Shown: in pieces, positions 61,448-64,000 of the stretch
Layout: each line of letters starts with the position of its first letter
Position numbering within the stretch: position 1 is the first letter of the stretch
Assembly: GCA_037968875.1 (NCBI GenBank)
Contig: JBBKWI010000139.1
Location: 884-64,883, forward strand
Direction: 5' to 3'
Origin: Candidatus Sericytochromatia bacterium
GTDB taxonomy: Bacteria > Cyanobacteriota > Sericytochromatia > UBA7694
DNA: 64,000 nucleotides
The notes under the pieces: model-generated
What the model was told of the DNA's origin: nothing
Seen by the model: the letters and a program-made list of their open reading frames with translations, nothing else
Database searches by the model: none
Made by a program: the position numbers and the translations under genes

Positions 61448-61466
61448 TTTAAAGGCTATTTAAAAC

Positions 61467-64000
61467 TTAGAGATCGCCTCTGAAGTTGGTATTGGTGCTA
61501 TCACCACTCGTGTTTTCGCCACCAATCACATAGACCCGTGAGGAAAGCGCCTCTACAGCTGCACCGCTGCGAGCTGAAGGCAAAGAGCGCAGGGTACGCC
61601 AGGTATTGGCTACCGGATCATACTCATAGACACCATCTGATTCATTGCCGTTTTGGTCTTCACCACCAGCAATAATAATTTTATTATTAATCAGCGTGGC
61701 TGTGATTTTACGCAATTTTTTAGGCATAGGAGTTAAGCTCGAAATCCACTTATCATCTTCAACATCATAGGCAGTGATGCGATCCTCAGCATCGTCTTCG
61801 CCGCCGCCGATCACATAAATTTTGCCATTGAAAACCGCAGAAGCGGCATCATAACGACGCGACGGTGAATTTTGTTTCAGTGTCCACTCATCGCTATCAG
61901 GATTATACTCTTCTACTATACGGCCATCTGAACCGGTCCCACCAATCAGGTAAATCTTACCGCGATAAGCTTCCGCAACAGCACCAATGTGGCTATTGCC
62001 TGAGTTTTTACGCTGGGTCCAGGCATTGCTATCGGGATCATAACGATCCAGGCGATTGGAATCACCACTGCCACCCATGGCATACAATAAATCATCCAGA
62101 ATCACGGTGGCCAGTCGACTACGCTCGGTGGGCAAACTGGCTTTAACACTCCAGGTATTATCGTTCACATCATAGACTTCCAAACGATCTGAGGAAGAGT
62201 TTTGGAAACCGCCCAGGACGTAAATTTTGCCGCTGATGCGCTCGGCTTTGGCACCGGCTCGAGAAGTCGGAGCGGCCAATTTTTCTGACCAATTGGGAAT
62301 ACTGGCACCGGCCAATTCAAACTCTCTGAAATTAGAGAGTTGGCCTTTAACACGTACCGAGACATTGACTTTACTGGTCAAGCTTGCAGGCACACGTACC
62401 TGCATACTCGAAGAGGTGATATTGATCGGATTGCTGGCCCGTTGTGAACCGAAAAAGACGGCGTTATGGGCCGGGTTATCCGTTGAAAAATGCTGCCCCG
62501 TAATGGTCACTAAATCCCCCTCATTGGCAGTATTAGGTATAACACTGTCCAATCTGGGGGAAATCACAAAAGGGATGCCGTTTCCCCGCTTTCCGTCAGC
62601 ACTGATATTAATAAAGCCCGTAAAAGCTCCCACAGGGACGGTGACCAGCATCGAAGTCGTCGTCGAAGAGACCACATTGGCTTTAATTCCATTAAACAGA
62701 ATTTCATTGCTGGTGGGATTCAAAGCAAAGTTTTCACCATTTAAGGTAATGGTTTGCCCTGGAATCAGTGGTGCGTTCGCCGGAGAAAAGCTAGCAATAA
62801 AAGGAACATTATCAGCGACAGTCATCGGAAAGGTCGAGGTTTGATTCGAAATCACATCCCGAACCGTGACCTGTGTGGTGCCTGGCTTATCCGCTCTAAA
62901 GACCACGGTGGGGGTGATGCCGTTAATACTGGTGTCCTGAGTTAAAAAAGACCCAATACTGGAATCACTCAAAGAAAAGTTGAAGGCAGTTCCAACAGTG
63001 TTATTGCCAGCATCTAGGGCCAAAATTTGCACAGGCTGGGTGCGACCGGTCAAAACCGTTGGGTTTTGAGGGGCCGCTTCAATCAAAAAAGTAGAGGATG
63101 ACTCAACAGTCAAGCTCACGCTGGTAGAGAAAGAACGAGCCCGTGCGGTAATATCCGCTCGCCCAGGTTGTAGGGGGTTTAAGATCCCGTTGGCATCGAC
63201 ACTAGCCACAAAGCTATTGCTAAGCTCCCAGGTCGGTGTCACAGTGACCGTATTGCCTTTTTCATCCGTGCCTTCAGCACGCAATTCAAAGCGCTGGCCC
63301 GTGCTTAAGGTCAAATCAGTATCAGGCACCAACCTCAAAGACTTTAAGTCGCCATCAGTCACAGTGATCGTAATCGATTTGGTCAAATTGCCAAAGCTAG
63401 CCTGATAAGTAAAGGTTCCTGCCGAACTGGGAGTGAAAACACTATCGGAACCCAAATTACCCTGCCCCGTGGTATTTTGTAACGTCCAGAGCACAGAGAG
63501 TTCTTTTTCTTGGTTTTGATCATTGACGCCAGCGACCCACAGTTTTAATGAGGTGTCTTTGGCAATCGTCAGGTTCTCACCTGGCTTAATCAATAAGCGT
63601 GTGGGCGAAAATGCAGTAGAAGGAACAGGAGTGGGGACCACTGTCGGTCCCGGAGTCGGTGTGGGGCCAGTGCTCGGGGTTGCTGAAGGCACCGGTTGAT
63701 TTTGTAGAATCGCCTCAATCGCAGGCAAGACTTCATCAATGGTTTGCAAAAGTTTGGGAGCTTCTGTCACATTCACAGTAATCGCATCAATCGGAGTCGC
63801 CAGAATCTCTTGTAAAATCGCCTGCACACGACTGCGGTAAATCGCAAGCAGGGCATTCACTTTCACACTATCGACAGGCGCATTGACGATCACTCCACGC
63901 CCCTGGGCAGCCGCACGGATATAAATTAAATCCAGAGCGGTGGATTCGATATCCAAATTTACGATCGTTTCGAGTTCTTTTTGAGACTCAGGGACATCAA
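61467..64000 (-). CDS. Large surface protein with Ig-like (Big_2/IPT-TIG) domains and C-terminal Kelch beta-propeller; partial, N-terminus beyond window end
   Basis: Frame stays open upstream of the in-window TTG at 63956 through position 64000. Pro/Thr linker, repeated Ig-like beta domains, six Kelch-type blades (GKIYVLGG..., LYAMGG..., GKIYLIGG..., GKIYVIGG..., NKIIIAGG..., SRVYVIGG...). Confidence 0.75.
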   Translation of the reverse strand, partial: DVPESQKELETIVNLDIESTALDLIYIRAAAQGRGVIVNAPVDSVKVNALLAIYRSRVQAILQEILATPIDAITVNVTEAPKLLQTIDEVLPAIEAILQNQPVPSATPSTGPTPTPGPTVVPTPVPSTAFSPTRLLIKPGENLTIAKDTSLKLWVAGVNDQNQEKELSVLWTLQNTTGQGNLGSDSVFTPSSAGTFTYQASFGNLTKSITITVTDGDLKSLRLVPDTDLTLSTGQRFELRAEGTDEKGNTVTVTPTWELSNSFVASVDANGILNPLQPGRADITARARSFSTSVSLTVESSSTFLIEAAPQNPTVLTGRTQPVQILALDAGNNTVGTAFNFSLSDSSIGSFLTQDTSINGITPTVVFRADKPGTTQVTVRDVISNQTSTFPMTVADNVPFIASFSPANAPLIPGQTITLNGENFALNPTSNEILFNGIKANVVSSTTTSMLVTVPVGAFTGFINISADGKRGNGIPFVISPRLDSVIPNTANEGDLVTITGQHFSTDNPAHNAVFFGSQRASNPINITSSSMQVRVPASLTSKVNVSVRVKGQLSNFREFELAGASIPNWSEKLAAPTSRAGAKAERISGKIYVLGGFQNSSSDRLEVYDVNDNTWSVKASLPTERSRLATVILDDLLYAMGGSGDSNRLDRYDPDSNAWTQRKNSGNSHIGAVAEAYRGKIYLIGGTGSDGRIVEEYNPDSDEWTLKQNSPSRRYDAASAVFNGKIYVIGGGEDDAEDRITAYDVEDDKWISSLTPMPKKLRKITATLINNKIIIAGGEDQNGNESDGVYEYDPVANTWRTLRSLPSARSGAAVEALSSRVYVIGGENTSGDSTNTNFRGDL

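Overview
This is a 64 kb bacterial chromosomal window of about 50% GC. It carries diderm (Gram-negative) hallmarks: lipobox lipoproteins, beta-barrel outer membrane proteins and FtsH. I will not name a species.

Coding density is high: about 60 supported genes, no rRNA, tRNA, CRISPR array, transposase or integrase, and five clear rho-independent terminators. Housekeeping content includes the feoA-feoB iron uptake operon with the small FeoB-associated Cys-rich protein, glpQ, a membrane fatty-acid desaturase, aconitase A, hutI and sppA with a tandem-Usp gene. Further downstream are yajQ, an alpha2-type glycyl-tRNA synthetase, a CPYC glutaredoxin, a PNP, a type II NADH dehydrogenase, a likely hmgA-flavin reductase pair, ftsH and murQ. 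An aromatic amino-acid operon (DAHP synthase/chorismate mutase fusion, tyrA, pheA) follows.

The most interesting region is 39.4-47.1 kb, which looks like an undescribed c-di-GMP-linked exopolysaccharide (PNAG-like) synthesis and export locus. It consists of a PgaC-like processive GT2 synthase transcribed divergently from a three-gene operon (membrane-anchored HEAT-repeat protein, TPR/beta-barrel outer membrane porin, CE4 polysaccharide deacetylase lipoprotein). The gene just upstream encodes a protein with a catalytically dead GGDEF domain that keeps an intact RxxD I-site, fused to a C-terminal receiver domain, so it is probably a c-di-GMP receptor.

Other observations worth a second look:
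- A full-length FlhB/YscU-family export-gate paralogue heads a tight operon with a UvrD-like helicase, a Zn-ribbon M48 protease and a membrane-anchored ADP-ribosylglycohydrolase.
- A low-GC 0.8 kb islet is flanked by imperfect direct repeats of the endonuclease-I gene 3' end.
- A frameshifted DUF2281 antitoxin remnant and an outer membrane protein C-terminal fragment sit between two convergent paralogous lipoprotein genes.
- A four-CHRD-domain lipoprotein lies next to an orphan OmpR-type regulator.
- An effector-less tandem cNMP-binding protein sits upstream of aconitase.
- Two real genes are absent from the ORF track: a partial polytopic membrane protein at 1..1432 on the minus strand, which runs off the window edge, and a 59-aa YjfB-like protein at 51373..51552.
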